Shown in pieces: positions 10,238 to 22,488 of a stretch of DNA of 64,000 nt. The first letter of the stretch is position 1, and every line of letters begins with the position of its first letter. The notes beneath the pieces are model-generated. The model worked only from the letters and a program-made list of their open reading frames with translations, was not told the origin of the DNA and made no database searches. The stretch comes from Myxococcota bacterium (GTDB taxonomy: Bacteria; Myxococcota_A; UBA9160; UBA4427). Location of the stretch: assembly GCA_965250285.1 (NCBI GenBank), contig OZ252299.1, positions 3,328,001 to 3,392,000 on the forward strand, given 5' to 3'. A program made the position numbers and the translations under genes.

Positions 10238-10882
10238 TCAGTCGCGAGCCCTTTTCGAGCCGGGTCGTGTGAGGCCGAGCCCGGGATGGCCGGGCCACGC
10301 ACCGGTCGAGCCGGCGTCGTCGTCCTCGCGGAGGATCGACAACGCCGCGACGTCTTCGAACGGTGTGAGCTGTGCCCCGGTCGGGTCGAGCGCCTCGAGC
10401 GAGGCGCCCTCGAGCCAGACGACGTCGAGACCGCGCAGGGCGCGGTCGACGTCGGTGAGACCTTCGGCCAGAGCGGCGCGCAGCGCCGGCCCGACGGCCG
10501 AGCAGCGATAGCGTGCGCAGGTCGTGTGTCGGCCCAGGTCGTCGCGCGGGATCGCGGCGTCGGCGTCGGGCAGCCCCGTGAGCCCGATCACCAGATCGGG
10601 GCGAAGCCGCGGCCGGTCGGCCGACAACACCACCACGTACTCGGTCTCGACGGCGTCGACGGCCGCGGCGATCGCCTCGGTCTCGTCCCCGGCGTGCTCG
10701 ACCACGACGACGTGCTCGCAGATCTCGGCGAGCAGCGCAGCGGCGCGCTCGGCGAGGGTCGAATTGCCGAGCCGGTGCGCGTGCACACCCCGCGTGATGT
10801 CGCAGAGGACGACCCCCGCCGTGTGTCCCAGGCGGCTGTCCGCGACACCGGCGGCGCGATCGGAACGCGACGCTTCGGTCAC
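10238..10882 (-). CDS. MobA-like NTP-transferase-fold protein, degenerate
   Basis: Downstream of moeA. VLSADRP resembles MobA ACDMP and TTCARY resembles PLHAIY. The N-terminal LAGG motif is missing. Start is uncertain. Confidence 0.55.
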   Translation of the reverse strand: MTEASRSDRAAGVADSRLGHTAGVVLCDITRGVHAHRLGNSTLAERAAALLAEICEHVVVVEHAGDETEAIAAAVDAVETEYVVVLSADRPRLRPDLVIGLTGLPDADAAIPRDDLGRHTTCARYRCSAVGPALRAALAEGLTDVDRALRGLDVVWLEGASLEALDPTGAQLTPFEDVAALSILREDDDAGSTGAWPGHPGLGLTRPGSKRARD

Positions 10883-10976
10883 GCGCCCGGCCCGGGATGC
10901 GCCCGCGGGCGGACGGCGCGGCGCGAAGCGGCACCCGCGCACCGCACGGTCCGACGGCCAGGACGCCGCCCGTGGT

Positions 10977-12251
10977 TCACGCTTCGAAGCCCGCGTCGAG
11001 CCGCCACAGCGCGCGATCGTCGATCACCTGCACCGTGACACGATCGCCTGCCTCGAGCCGGGTCGCGTCAGCGGGGAAGACGAGCAGACCGTGGGCGTCG
11101 CTCATCGAGCGCATTACGCCCGAGCTCTGGTTGCCCGTGCTGACCGCGTGAATCACGTCGCCGTCGCGCTCGAGGCGAACGCGCACGAAGTGTGCGCGCC
11201 CCGGCTTCTTGCTCATCGGCGCGTCGAGCACCGCCTCGATCGTCGGCCGGAAGCGGCGCGCTTCGCCCTGCATCTTGAGCAGCACCGGCCGAACGAACTG
11301 CTCGAACGTGACCGACGCCGACACCGGGTTGCCCGGCAGGCCGAAGACGAGCGGCCCGGGGCGACCCTCGCCCGCGCTCGCGAGCCGGCCGAATGCGACG
11401 GGATAGCCGGGCTTCATGCGGACGCCCCAGAACTCGAGCTTGCAGCCGAGTCGCTCGAGCACGTTGCGGACGTGATCGTGGTCGCCGACCGATACACCGG
11501 CGCTGCTCACGATCACGTCGGCGTGCAGCCCGGAGCGCAGGCGCTCCTCGATGTGATCGGGGTCGTCGCGAGCGATCCCGAGGTAGAGCGGATCGGCGCC
11601 GATCTCGCGGGCCTGCTCCGCCAGGGTGTAGGAGTTCGAAGAAACGATGCGCCCGCCGCGCACGTCGCCATCGGGCTCGACGAGCTCGTCGCCGCCCGAC
11701 AGGAGCGCGAGTCGCGGGCGACGATGCACCGCGACGAAGGAGCGACCGAGCGAGGCGAGCACGCCGACCTGTGCCGAGCCGATGCGCTGGCCCGCATCGA
11801 GGACGCGGTCACCGATCTGCAGGTCTTCGCCGGCCAGGCGGATGTGATCGCCGCGCGGCGGGGGCGACTCGAACGCGACGCGTTCACCCTCGGCGGCGAC
11901 GACCTCTTGCATCACCACCGTGTCGGCGCCGGGCGGAACGGGCGCGCCGGTGAAGATGCGCGCGGTCTCGCCCGCCGCGAGGGGGCGCGGCGCTTCGCCG
12001 CCGGCCGGCACTTCGTAGGCCAGTGCGAGTCGCACCTCGGCGCCCGCTGCGGCAGCAGCGAGATCAGCGGCACGGACGGCATACCCGTCCATCGCCGAGC
12101 TGTCTGCGGGGGGCAGCGTGCGGGTGCTCTCGACCGACTCGGCGAGCACGCGGCCGGTGGCGTCTCCCACCGAGACTGTCTCGGCACCGAGGACCGGGGC
12201 GGCCTCGAGGACGTGGGCCTGGGCTTCGGCGACGCTGATCCCCTCACGCAT
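10977..12251 (-). CDS. moeA: Molybdopterin molybdotransferase MoeA
   Basis: Motifs SAMDGYAV, IFTGAPVP, GVSVGD, MKPG, FGLPGNPVS and QSSG. Confidence 0.95.
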   Translation of the reverse strand: MREGISVAEAQAHVLEAAPVLGAETVSVGDATGRVLAESVESTRTLPPADSSAMDGYAVRAADLAAAAAGAEVRLALAYEVPAGGEAPRPLAAGETARIFTGAPVPPGADTVVMQEVVAAEGERVAFESPPPRGDHIRLAGEDLQIGDRVLDAGQRIGSAQVGVLASLGRSFVAVHRRPRLALLSGGDELVEPDGDVRGGRIVSSNSYTLAEQAREIGADPLYLGIARDDPDHIEERLRSGLHADVIVSSAGVSVGDHDHVRNVLERLGCKLEFWGVRMKPGYPVAFGRLASAGEGRPGPLVFGLPGNPVSASVTFEQFVRPVLLKMQGEARRFRPTIEAVLDAPMSKKPGRAHFVRVRLERDGDVIHAVSTGNQSSGVMRSMSDAHGLLVFPADATRLEAGDRVTVQVIDDRALWRLDAGFEA

Positions 12252-12316
12252 GGGGCGCAGAGTACCCCGAATTCAAAGGCGTTTCCCGGCCCTCGCCGGC
12301 GATCGATCGGCCGATC

Positions 12317-12369
12317 TGCCCAATATGCAGGCACGCGCGCGGGCTGCTAGATTGCCCATTTTTTGGGCA
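12317..12369 (+). promoter_or_regulatory. Two NtrC-type 17-bp binding boxes; the second overlaps a putative -10 (TAGATT, 12348-12353)
   Basis: TGCCCAATATGCAGGCA (12317-12333) and TGCCCATTTTTTGGGCA (12353-12369) fit TGC-N11-GCA with AT-rich centres. Confidence 0.65.
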
Positions 12370-12425
12370 ACTACGCGCAGTGGCGCGCGAGCCCCCGCCC
12401 TTCCCGCCGAGGCCCTCCGAGCGCG

Positions 12426-13631
12426 ATGCCCCAGCTTCCGCCGATCCCGACCCCCGACTTCGAAGGCCTGCTCGAGGCGTTCGTCGACGGCTTCGTCGTG
12501 CTCGATGGCGAAGGACGCATCCTGCGTCTCAACAGCGAAGCCAGTCGCATCCTCGAGACGTCGACCGAGCACGCGCTCGGCCTGACGATGGGTGACGTCC
12601 TCGGCGCCAGCCACCCGCTCGCGCTGCTCGTCGGGCAGGTGCTCGAGAGCGGTCGGCCCGCGGTGCAGGATGGTGTGCCCGTCGAACAGCGACACGGCGA
12701 ACGACTCGAGGTGTCGGTGTCGTTCTCGCCGATCGACGGCGAGATCGAAGGCGCGTCGACGATCGGTGTGCTGCGCGATCGCACCACGCTCAACACCCTG
12801 CGCGAGCAGTTCTCGAACGCCGAACGACTCGCGTCGTACGGTCACATTGCGGCCGGCATCGCCCACGAAGTGAAGAACCCGCTCGGCGGCATCCGCGGCG
12901 CGGCCGAGCTGCTCGGTCTCTGGGGAAAGGAGGACGATCGCGCCAGCCGAACGGCCGACATGATCGTGCGCGAGGTCGATCGCATCACCGGCCTCGTCGA
13001 AGAGCTGATGGTGTTCGCACGCGGTGACCGGCTCGAAGTCGCGAGCGTGAACGTGCACAGGCTTCTCGACGAGATGATCCAGAACGCCGAGCTCGATACG
13101 GCAGCGACCGGTGTCGAGTTCGATCGGCAGTACGACCCCTCGATCCCCGAAGTCGAGGCCGATGCGGCCCGCCTCACCCAGGTGTTCCTCAATCTCGTGC
13201 GCAACTCGATTCAGGCGATGGAAGAGGCCGACACCGACGTGCGTCGCATCACGATCGTGACGCGCATGCCCCTCGACCATCGCCTGACCGGGGCGAGCGG
13301 ACGGCCGATCCCCACCGTCCAGGTCTCGATGCGCGATACCGGGCCAGGGATCGCGCCCGACGTGCTCGCTCGCCTGGCCACCCCGTTCTTCACCACCAAG
13401 ACCAAGGGCACGGGCCTCGGGCTCGCCGTCTCGCGCCACTGGGTCGACCGCCACGGCGGGCGACTGCGCATCGAGAGCGCGCTCGAACACGGCACCCAGG
13501 TGCACGTCGACCTGCCGCTCCAGGCCCAGGCGCGGCCCGAGGACGTCTCCGAAGCCGCCGGTGAACCCACTGAACGCGCGGTCGACGACCCCGATGTCGG
13601 CAGTCCACGCGGACGCCACCACGGGATCTGA
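12426..13631 (+). CDS. ntrB: PAS-domain sensor histidine kinase, NtrB/GlnL-like
   Basis: AHEVKNPLGGIRGAAELL H-box, 'YDPSIP', NLVRN, DTGPGI, PFFTTK, GTGLGL. No TM segment. Confidence 0.8.
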   Translation: MPQLPPIPTPDFEGLLEAFVDGFVVLDGEGRILRLNSEASRILETSTEHALGLTMGDVLGASHPLALLVGQVLESGRPAVQDGVPVEQRHGERLEVSVSFSPIDGEIEGASTIGVLRDRTTLNTLREQFSNAERLASYGHIAAGIAHEVKNPLGGIRGAAELLGLWGKEDDRASRTADMIVREVDRITGLVEELMVFARGDRLEVASVNVHRLLDEMIQNAELDTAATGVEFDRQYDPSIPEVEADAARLTQVFLNLVRNSIQAMEEADTDVRRITIVTRMPLDHRLTGASGRPIPTVQVSMRDTGPGIAPDVLARLATPFFTTKTKGTGLGLAVSRHWVDRHGGRLRIESALEHGTQVHVDLPLQAQARPEDVSEAAGEPTERAVDDPDVGSPRGRHHGI

Positions 13632-13714
13632 GCCCGCACGCCTGCCCCGATTCCGCCCCACCCTGAACCGAGCGGCGACGCCCACTGCGCGCCGACCCGA
13701 CGGAGCAAAGAGAC

Positions 13715-15166
13715 ATGTACACCGACCTCCAGCCCATGCGCGTGCTCGTCGCCGACGACGAGCCGTCGATCCGGTTCGTGCTGCGTGAGGCGCTCGAAGC
13801 GGAGGGCCACGACGTCGTCGACGTCGAGGATGGCCAGAGCGCTTCGGATACGCTGGCCGCCGAAGCTTTCGATCTCGCGATCCTCGACGTACGCATGCCG
13901 GGCATGACCGGCATCCAGGTGCTCGATCAGCTGCGGGCCACCGGCAACCAGACCGCCGTCGTCATCATCACGGCGCAGAACACGATGGACAACGCGGTCG
14001 ATGCCATGAAGGCGGGTGCGCTCGACTACCTCGTCAAACCGTTCACCCTCGCCGACGTATCGGCCCTCGCCGAGAAGGCCCGCAGCGCACGCGCGCTGCA
14101 GGAAGAGGTGCGGCAGCTGCGTCGAGAGGTGGGCCGGGCGGCGGCGCCGGGGGGCGAACGGCTCGTCGGCTCGAGCGGCGCGTTGCTCGAGATCTTCAAG
14201 GTCGTCGGCAAAGTCGCTTCGCGAAACGTGCCCGTACTGATCACCGGCGAGAGCGGGACGGGCAAGGAGCTCGTCGCCCGCGCGATCCACGGCGCGAGCC
14301 CTCGAGGTGAGGGCCCGATGATCGCCGTGAACGCAGCGGCGATCCCGCGCGAGCTGCTCGAGAGCGAGCTCTTCGGCCATGAACGCGGCGCGTTCACGGG
14401 CGCCGTGCAGGCGCGCGCCGGCCGGTTCCGCGAAGCGTCGGGGGGAACGCTCTTCCTCGACGAGATCGGCGACATGCCGATCGAGCTGCAGGCCAAGCTG
14501 CTGCGCGTGCTGCAGAGCGGGGAGGTGACGCCGGTGGGCGGGCGCACGCCGGTGCACGTCGACGTTCGCATCGTCGCAGCCACCCACCGCGATCTCGATC
14601 AGGCCGTGCGCGACGGCGAATTTCGCGAAGACCTGCTGTACCGGCTGCGGGTCGTTCCGGTCGCGATCCCGGCACTGCGCGAGCGGCGCGAGGACGTGCG
14701 TACGCTGGCGCACCACTTCGTCGACAAGTACTCCGCCGAGCTCGCCGACGAGAGCGTCGGCCTCGCCGAGGCGACGATCCACAAGCTCGAGCACTACGAC
14801 TGGCCCGGCAACGTGCGCGAGCTCGAGAACGCGGTGAAGCGTGCGCTCGTGCTGGCGACGAGCAACGTGCTCACGCCTTCCGACTTCGAGTTTCTCGAGG
14901 ACGTGGGCAGCGAGCGACCGGCGGGGGCGAGCCTCGATGAGCTGGTCTCGCTCGAGGTCGGGGCCGCGCTCGACGGTCCCGAGACGGGTGACATCTATCG
15001 ACAGGTGATCGAGAAGGTCGAGCGACCGCTGATCGCGCGCGTGCTGTCGGCCACCGACGGCAACCAGCTGAAGGCCGCGGCGCTGCTCGGCATCAACCGC
15101 AACACGCTGCGCAAGAAGATCTCGGAGCTCGGCATCGAGCTGCCGTCGCGGCCCCGGCTCGGATGA
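13715..15166 (+). CDS. ntrC: Sigma-54-dependent response regulator, NtrC/GlnG-like
   Basis: Receiver domain, [23 protein letters not shown], and Fis-type HTH '[21 protein letters not shown]'. Confidence 0.85.
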   Translation: MYTDLQPMRVLVADDEPSIRFVLREALEAEGHDVVDVEDGQSASDTLAAEAFDLAILDVRMPGMTGIQVLDQLRATGNQTAVVIITAQNTMDNAVDAMKAGALDYLVKPFTLADVSALAEKARSARALQEEVRQLRREVGRAAAPGGERLVGSSGALLEIFKVVGKVASRNVPVLITGESGTGKELVARAIHGASPRGEGPMIAVNAAAIPRELLESELFGHERGAFTGAVQARAGRFREASGGTLFLDEIGDMPIELQAKLLRVLQSGEVTPVGGRTPVHVDVRIVAATHRDLDQAVRDGEFREDLLYRLRVVPVAIPALRERREDVRTLAHHFVDKYSAELADESVGLAEATIHKLEHYDWPGNVRELENAVKRALVLATSNVLTPSDFEFLEDVGSERPAGASLDELVSLEVGAALDGPETGDIYRQVIEKVERPLIARVLSATDGNQLKAAALLGINRNTLRKKISELGIELPSRPRLG

Positions 15167-15831
15167 GCGCCTGCGAGGCGCGACGCGGCGACCGCTACGC
15201 GGGACTGCACGTGCTCTGCGACGACGATCCGCGCTGGCCCATCGACGTGATCGAACAGGCACGGGGGGCCTGCGAGGGCGGGGCTTCGGTGGTGCAGCTG
15301 CGCACGAAGCACGCGACCGATCGTCAAGCACTCGACTGGGCTCGGGCGCTGCGCGCGATCACGCGCGATGCGGGCGTCGCGTTCGTGGTGAACGATCGAT
15401 TCGATCTGGCCCTCGCGGCCGACGCCGACGCGGTGCACCTCGGCCAGAACGACCTGCCGCCGGGCGCCCTCCCCGCCGCGGCGCGCGAGCAGCTCGCGGT
15501 CGGCCGTTCGACCCATACGCTCGATCAGGCGCGTGCGGCGGCGAACGAACCCGTCGACTATGTCGCCATCGGGCCGGTCTACGGAACGCAGTCGAAGCAG
15601 AGCGCGTACTCGGCGCGTGGACTCGACACGCTGGCCGAAGTCGTTCGGATCGTCGCGCCGAAGCCCGTCGTCGCGATCGGCGGCATCGGCCTCGACGGGC
15701 TCGCGCCCTTGATCGCCGCCGGCGCCCGGGGCGCCGCCGTGATCTCGGCAGTGACGGCCGCGAGCGACCCGGTGGCCGCGACCGCCGCCCTCGTGCGAGT
15801 CTTCGAGACGGAGGACGGCCCGCGTGGATGA
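15163..15831 (+). CDS. thiE: Thiamine-phosphate synthase
   Basis: Motifs VQLRTK, VNDRFD, VHLGQND, GRSTH and VAIGGI. Confidence 0.93.
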   Translation: MSACEARRGDRYAGLHVLCDDDPRWPIDVIEQARGACEGGASVVQLRTKHATDRQALDWARALRAITRDAGVAFVVNDRFDLALAADADAVHLGQNDLPPGALPAAAREQLAVGRSTHTLDQARAAANEPVDYVAIGPVYGTQSKQSAYSARGLDTLAEVVRIVAPKPVVAIGGIGLDGLAPLIAAGARGAAVISAVTAASDPVAATAALVRVFETEDGPRG

Positions 15832-17059
15832 CGTGCTGCCGCGCCTGATCTCGGCGTTCGGGTTCGTGTGCATGATCGGCATCGCGGTGGGGCTCTCCGA
15901 GCGCCGAAGCGCGATCGACTGGCGGCCCGTTGGCATCGGCGTGGCGATCCAGCTCGGGCTGGCCGCGCTGCTGCTCTGGACGCCCGCCGGCCGCGTGTTC
16001 TTCGAGCTCGCCGGCGCGCTGGTCGGGCGCCTGCTCGACTGGACCCAAGCCGGTACCGCGTTCGTGTTCGGGCCGCTCCTCGACGGGCCCTCGTTCGCGC
16101 TCGGGGTGCTCCCGGTCATCGTGTTCCTCGGCAGCGTCTTCGCGGTGCTCTACCACATCGGCTTGCTGCCCTGGCTCGTGCGACAGCTCGCGCGCGCGTT
16201 GTCGCGTTCGATGCGGCTCTCGGGCGCCGAGAGCCTGGCGGCCGTCGCGAACATCCTCGTCGGGATGGTCGAGAGCGCGCTCATCGTGAAGCCCTACGTC
16301 GCGCGCATGACACGATCCGAGCTCTTCACGATGATGGCGCTCGGCATGTCGACCGTGGCCGGCTCGGTGCTGGTCGCATACGTGCACTTTCTGGGCGGCG
16401 GCGACTACGCGGGCCACCTCATCACCGCGAGTCTGCTGTCGGCACCGGCCGGCGTGCTGATCGCCAAGATCCTCGTTCCCGAGACGGCGACGCCCGAGAC
16501 GGCGAGCGGTGCAGCCCCCCAGCCCGAGCGCACGACGTCGAACGTGATCGACGCCGCCGCCGAAGGCGCGATCAACGGGCTGCGCCTCGCGGCCTATGTC
16601 GGCGCCATGCTGCTCGCGTTCGTCGCGCTGATCGCCATGGTGAACGACGGCCTCGGCGCGCTCGGCGGTTTGGCGGGCTACCCCGAGCTCGACCTTCAGA
16701 CGATCTTCGGCGTCGCATTCGCGCCCTTCGCCTGGGTCATGGGCGTGCCCTGGTCCGAGGCGAAAGAGGTCGGCGCGCTGCTCGGGCTCAAGACCGTGCT
16801 GAACGAGTTCATCGCGTATCAGGCCCTCGGCGAAGCGATCGCAGCGGGCGAGCTCAGCGAACGCAGCCGCATCATCGCCTCGTACGCCCTCTGCGGGTTC
16901 GCGAATTTCGGCTCGCTGGCGATCCTGCTGGGCGGCCTCGCGGGCATCGCGCCCGAGCGGCGGGGCGAGGCGGCCTCGCTCGGCATCAAGTCGATCATCG
17001 CGGGCACGCTCGCGACGTTCATGACGGGCTGCGTGGCCGGCCTGTTCATCGCAGGCTGA
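15824..17059 (+). CDS. Concentrative nucleoside transporter (CNT, NupC family)
   Basis: Motifs SGAESL, TVAGSVL, LNEFIAY and ALCGFANFGS. Multiple TM segments. Confidence 0.93.
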   Translation: MDDVLPRLISAFGFVCMIGIAVGLSERRSAIDWRPVGIGVAIQLGLAALLLWTPAGRVFFELAGALVGRLLDWTQAGTAFVFGPLLDGPSFALGVLPVIVFLGSVFAVLYHIGLLPWLVRQLARALSRSMRLSGAESLAAVANILVGMVESALIVKPYVARMTRSELFTMMALGMSTVAGSVLVAYVHFLGGGDYAGHLITASLLSAPAGVLIAKILVPETATPETASGAAPQPERTTSNVIDAAAEGAINGLRLAAYVGAMLLAFVALIAMVNDGLGALGGLAGYPELDLQTIFGVAFAPFAWVMGVPWSEAKEVGALLGLKTVLNEFIAYQALGEAIAAGELSERSRIIASYALCGFANFGSLAILLGGLAGIAPERRGEAASLGIKSIIAGTLATFMTGCVAGLFIAG

Positions 17060-17093
17060 ACGCAGAGACCAGGCGAAATCGGCACAGTGAGCG

Positions 17094-19130
<2,037 letters not shown>

Positions 19131-19143
19131 GGAGACATGCACC

Positions 19144-19983
19144 ATGAAGCAGTTTCGAGATCGCGTGGCCGTGATCACGGGCGCGGGCAGCGGCATCGGC
19201 CGAGCGCTCGCACACGCGCTCGCTGACGAAGGCTGTCATCTCGCGCTCGTCGATGTCGACGAAGAACGCCTCGAAGCCGCGCAGATCGAGCTCGGCGAGA
19301 CGGATCGAAAGGTCACGACGTACGTCGTCGACGTCGCCGACCGCGAGGCGATGGAGAAGCTGCCCGGCCACGTCGTCGCCGATCACGGCGCCGCACACAT
19401 CGTCATCAACAACGCCGGCGTCACGGTCGTGGGCGACGTCGAGACGCAGAGCTTCGAAGACCTCGATTGGATCGTCGGCATCAACTGGTGGGGCGTGCTG
19501 TATGGCTGCAAGTTCTTCATCCCGATCCTGAAGCGACAGGAAGAAGCCCACATCGTGAACCTGTCGAGCATGTTCGGATTGATCGGGCTGCCGACCCAGG
19601 GCGCGTACTGCGCGACGAAGGCGGCCGTGCGTTCGCTGTCCGAGACGCTGAGCGCCGAGCTCGCCCATACGAACGTGCGGGTTACGTCGGTGCATCCGGG
19701 CGGCATCCGCACGAACATCGCGACGGCCGCGCGTTGGGACAAAGACGCGCCCCAGACCGATCGAGCCGATCTGACCGATTTCTTCGATGGCCTGCGCGTC
19801 GGCCCCGACCACGCAGCCAAGCGCATCATCGGCGCGATGCGCGCCGAACGCACCCGACAGATCATCTGCGTGGAGACCTACGCGGTCGACTGGGTCAAAC
19901 GCCTCTTCCCGGCCGGCGTCACGCGGCTCGTCGATCGCTTCGCTCGCAAGCGCGCACGCGAGCAGACCGCGCAGGCGGGCTGA
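19144..19983 (+). CDS. Short-chain dehydrogenase/reductase
   Basis: TGAGSGIG, NNAGV, catalytic YCATK. Confidence 0.93.
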   Translation: MKQFRDRVAVITGAGSGIGRALAHALADEGCHLALVDVDEERLEAAQIELGETDRKVTTYVVDVADREAMEKLPGHVVADHGAAHIVINNAGVTVVGDVETQSFEDLDWIVGINWWGVLYGCKFFIPILKRQEEAHIVNLSSMFGLIGLPTQGAYCATKAAVRSLSETLSAELAHTNVRVTSVHPGGIRTNIATAARWDKDAPQTDRADLTDFFDGLRVGPDHAAKRIIGAMRAERTRQIICVETYAVDWVKRLFPAGVTRLVDRFARKRAREQTAQAG

Positions 19984-19988
19984 GCGCC

Positions 19989-20747
19989 CTAGGCGCGTTC
20001 GCCCGCGACCTTCTTCTCGCGCGGCAGCTCGGTGACGGTGGCCGCGACCGGCTCGGTGAACCACTCGGCGCGTTCGGCATTGGTTCGCTCGAGGAACCCG
20101 GCGAGGTTCGGGCCGTCGTCTTCGAACGTCGTCTCGAGCATCACGACCTCTTGCATCCGGTCGGGCCGGAAGCTGCGGTAGTCGCTTCGGGTCTCGCACC
20201 AGCTCGCGAGGGTCCACGCCTTGCCCCAGAAGTAGAGCGCGAAGGGACGCACGGTGCGCGCGCTCGTCGTGCCATCCGCCCGCGTGTAGCCGAAGCGAAG
20301 ACGTCGTCGGCCACCGATCGCCTCGCGGATGATTGGCAGCCCCGACACGAGCTCGCGCCGTCGATGAAAGTCGGGCGCGAAGAGCGGCGTCGTCGCGACG
20401 ACGCGCCGTAAGGGCTCGGGCAGCACGGCTTCGAGCCGCTGCAGCGCCGTCTCGGCGGCTGTGGCCAGCTGGTCATCGCCCCAGGCGCCGGCGATCCGCG
20501 CGCCGAGCACGAGCGCCTCGATCTCGGCCTCGTTGAACGTGAGCGGCGGGAGCTCGAAGCCGCGCTCGAGTCGGTAGCCGACCCCCGCTTCCCCCCGAAT
20601 CGGCACCCCCGAATGTTCGAGGTCGCGGATGTCGCGATACACCGTGCGCTTCGAGACCCCGAGCTCGTCGGCGAGCGCCTGCCCGGTCATGAAGCCGCGC
20701 ACGCGCAGCAGGCGCACGATCTGAAAGAGACGATCGGCTCGGCGCAT
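19989..20747 (-). CDS. YafY-family HTH + WYL-domain transcriptional regulator
   Basis: MRRADRLFQIV start, VSKRTVYRDI HTH, GEAGVGY, W-T-L...WCETRSDYRSFRPDR. Confidence 0.93.
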   Translation of the reverse strand: MRRADRLFQIVRLLRVRGFMTGQALADELGVSKRTVYRDIRDLEHSGVPIRGEAGVGYRLERGFELPPLTFNEAEIEALVLGARIAGAWGDDQLATAAETALQRLEAVLPEPLRRVVATTPLFAPDFHRRRELVSGLPIIREAIGGRRRLRFGYTRADGTTSARTVRPFALYFWGKAWTLASWCETRSDYRSFRPDRMQEVVMLETTFEDDGPNLAGFLERTNAERAEWFTEPVAATVTELPREKKVAGERA

Positions 20748-20796
20748 GGCGTCTCCCGTGTGCGTGCGTCGGGCCGGGCGGCCCGCAGCGGGTCGA

Positions 20797-21324
20797 TCAG
20801 CTCGCAGAGCCACCGGCCGGCTCGTCGACCGCAGGCGGCTCGGGTTCGGGATCGGATTCGAGGAACGTCTCGATCATCAGCACGATGACGCCGACCACCA
20901 CGAGACTGTCCGCGACGTTGAACGTGGGCCAGGTGTACCCCGGCAGGTGGATCTGGATGAAGTCGACGACTTCCCCGTGGCGCAACCGATCGGTCAGGTT
21001 GCCGAGCGCCCCGCCGAGCACGGCACCCAGGGCGGCGGCCGACAGCTTCATGTCGGGCTCGAGCCGCGCGTAGAAGTAGAGCAGCAGCACGATCGCGAGC
21101 GCGCCCGCGCCGACGAAGAACGGGATCCGAATGCTCGCGTCGCCGGTTGCGAGCATGCTCCACGCGCCGCCGGGGTTGCGCACGTGGGTCAGATCGAAGA
21201 AGCCGGGGATCACCGTGTGCAGCCCATACATGGGCAGACCGTCGATCACCCACTGCTTCGTGAGCTGGTCGGCCGCGTAGCCGACCACGAACGGCACGAT
21301 GAAGTAGAGCAGCTTCGGAGGCAT
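20797..21324 (-). CDS. lspA: Lipoprotein signal peptidase II
   Basis: Motifs DQLTK, NPGGAW, GALGNLTDR, VVDFI and FNVAD. Confidence 0.95.
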   Translation of the reverse strand: MPPKLLYFIVPFVVGYAADQLTKQWVIDGLPMYGLHTVIPGFFDLTHVRNPGGAWSMLATGDASIRIPFFVGAGALAIVLLLYFYARLEPDMKLSAAALGAVLGGALGNLTDRLRHGEVVDFIQIHLPGYTWPTFNVADSLVVVGVIVLMIETFLESDPEPEPPAVDEPAGGSAS

Positions 21325-21509
21325 GGCCGCCGAATCTATCACGTCGCCCCTGGAACGCAGGCAGATGCCCTTGTCGAGCGCTGCTGACGATTCGCATCGC
21401 CGTGGGGCCAGCCAGAGCCCGCATGTGGGCGCCCGGTGACAGATCGCGGGCACCCGGTGCCCCGAGGTGCGATTCCCCAAGGGAAAATCGGTCGCGCGGC
21501 GTGCAATTC

Positions 21510-21548
21510 ATTACGTTCTCTTGCATTCCATGTGATCGAGCGTAATAT
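21510..21548 (+). promoter_or_regulatory. Putative sigma-70 promoter of the PaaX-like gene with an inverted repeat
   Basis: TTGCAT (21521-21526), 16-nt spacer, TAATAT (21543-21548). ATTACG-N25-CGTAAT inverted repeat. AT-rich patch. Confidence 0.6.
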
Positions 21549-21555
21549 CCTGCCG

Positions 21556-22488
21556 ATGCAGCCCTCAGCCCGCAGTCTGATCCTCGACCTCCTCTCGACG
21601 CTTCGGCGCGGCTCGATGCCCGTGCGCGCGCTCGTCGCGGCCGCCGAGCTGTTCGGGATCGAGGAGAACAGCCTGCGCGTCAGCCTCGCGCGGCTCTTCG
21701 CCGCCGGCTCGGTCGAGCGGGATGAACGAGGCCGCTACCGGCTGGCCCGCACCGAGACGCCGCTCAAGCAGCAGGTGCTCGGCTGGCGCGAGCTCGAGTC
21801 TCGACGGGTCGATCACTGGAATGGCGACTGGGCGGCGGTGATCGGCGCGCCCCGCGGCCGCCGCGGGGCTGGGCGCCGGGCGAGTCGCGCCCTCGAGCTG
21901 CTCGGTTTCCGCGACCTGCGACCCGGGCTTTCGGTGCGCCCCGACAACCTGCAGGGCGGCATCGAAGCCGTGCGCGAGCGCTACCAGGGCCTCGCCGCGC
22001 CGACCCGAAGCGAGGCGAAGTCGGGCGCTGCCGATCCCGAGCCGGTCATCGCGCGCCTCTCCGAGCTCGAGGAGCTCGATGTCGACCGAGCTCGCGCGCT
22101 CTGGCAGGTCGATGCCCTCGAAGACGACTACACGCACCTGCTCGCAAAGCTGCGCGAGAGCGAGTCGCGCATCGACTCACTGCCCCCCTCCGAGGCGATG
22201 GTCGAGAGCTTCCTCGTCGGCGGCGGCGTGCTGCGCGTGCTCAACGTCGACCCGCTGCTCCCCGAACCGATCGTCGACGTCGCGGCCCGCCGCGATCTCG
22301 TCGAAGCCATGCTGCGCTACGACCGCGTCGGCCGAGCGAAGTGGTCGCTCTTTCTCGCCGGCTTCGACGCCCCCCACATGAAACGCGATCCCCACGCCGA
22401 GGCGAGCTCGACCGACGAAGCGCACGCCGGCGTCCGAATCGAGACAGACCCCACCCACGGCCCTGCGCCGGGAGAGAGGATCCACTGA
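21556..22488 (+). CDS. PaaX-family transcriptional regulator
   Basis: SARSLILDLL, 'LFGIEENSLRVSLARL' wHTH, RPDNL, DPLLPE. Confidence 0.88.
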   Translation: MQPSARSLILDLLSTLRRGSMPVRALVAAAELFGIEENSLRVSLARLFAAGSVERDERGRYRLARTETPLKQQVLGWRELESRRVDHWNGDWAAVIGAPRGRRGAGRRASRALELLGFRDLRPGLSVRPDNLQGGIEAVRERYQGLAAPTRSEAKSGAADPEPVIARLSELEELDVDRARALWQVDALEDDYTHLLAKLRESESRIDSLPPSEAMVESFLVGGGVLRVLNVDPLLPEPIVDVAARRDLVEAMLRYDRVGRAKWSLFLAGFDAPHMKRDPHAEASSTDEAHAGVRIETDPTHGPAPGERIH

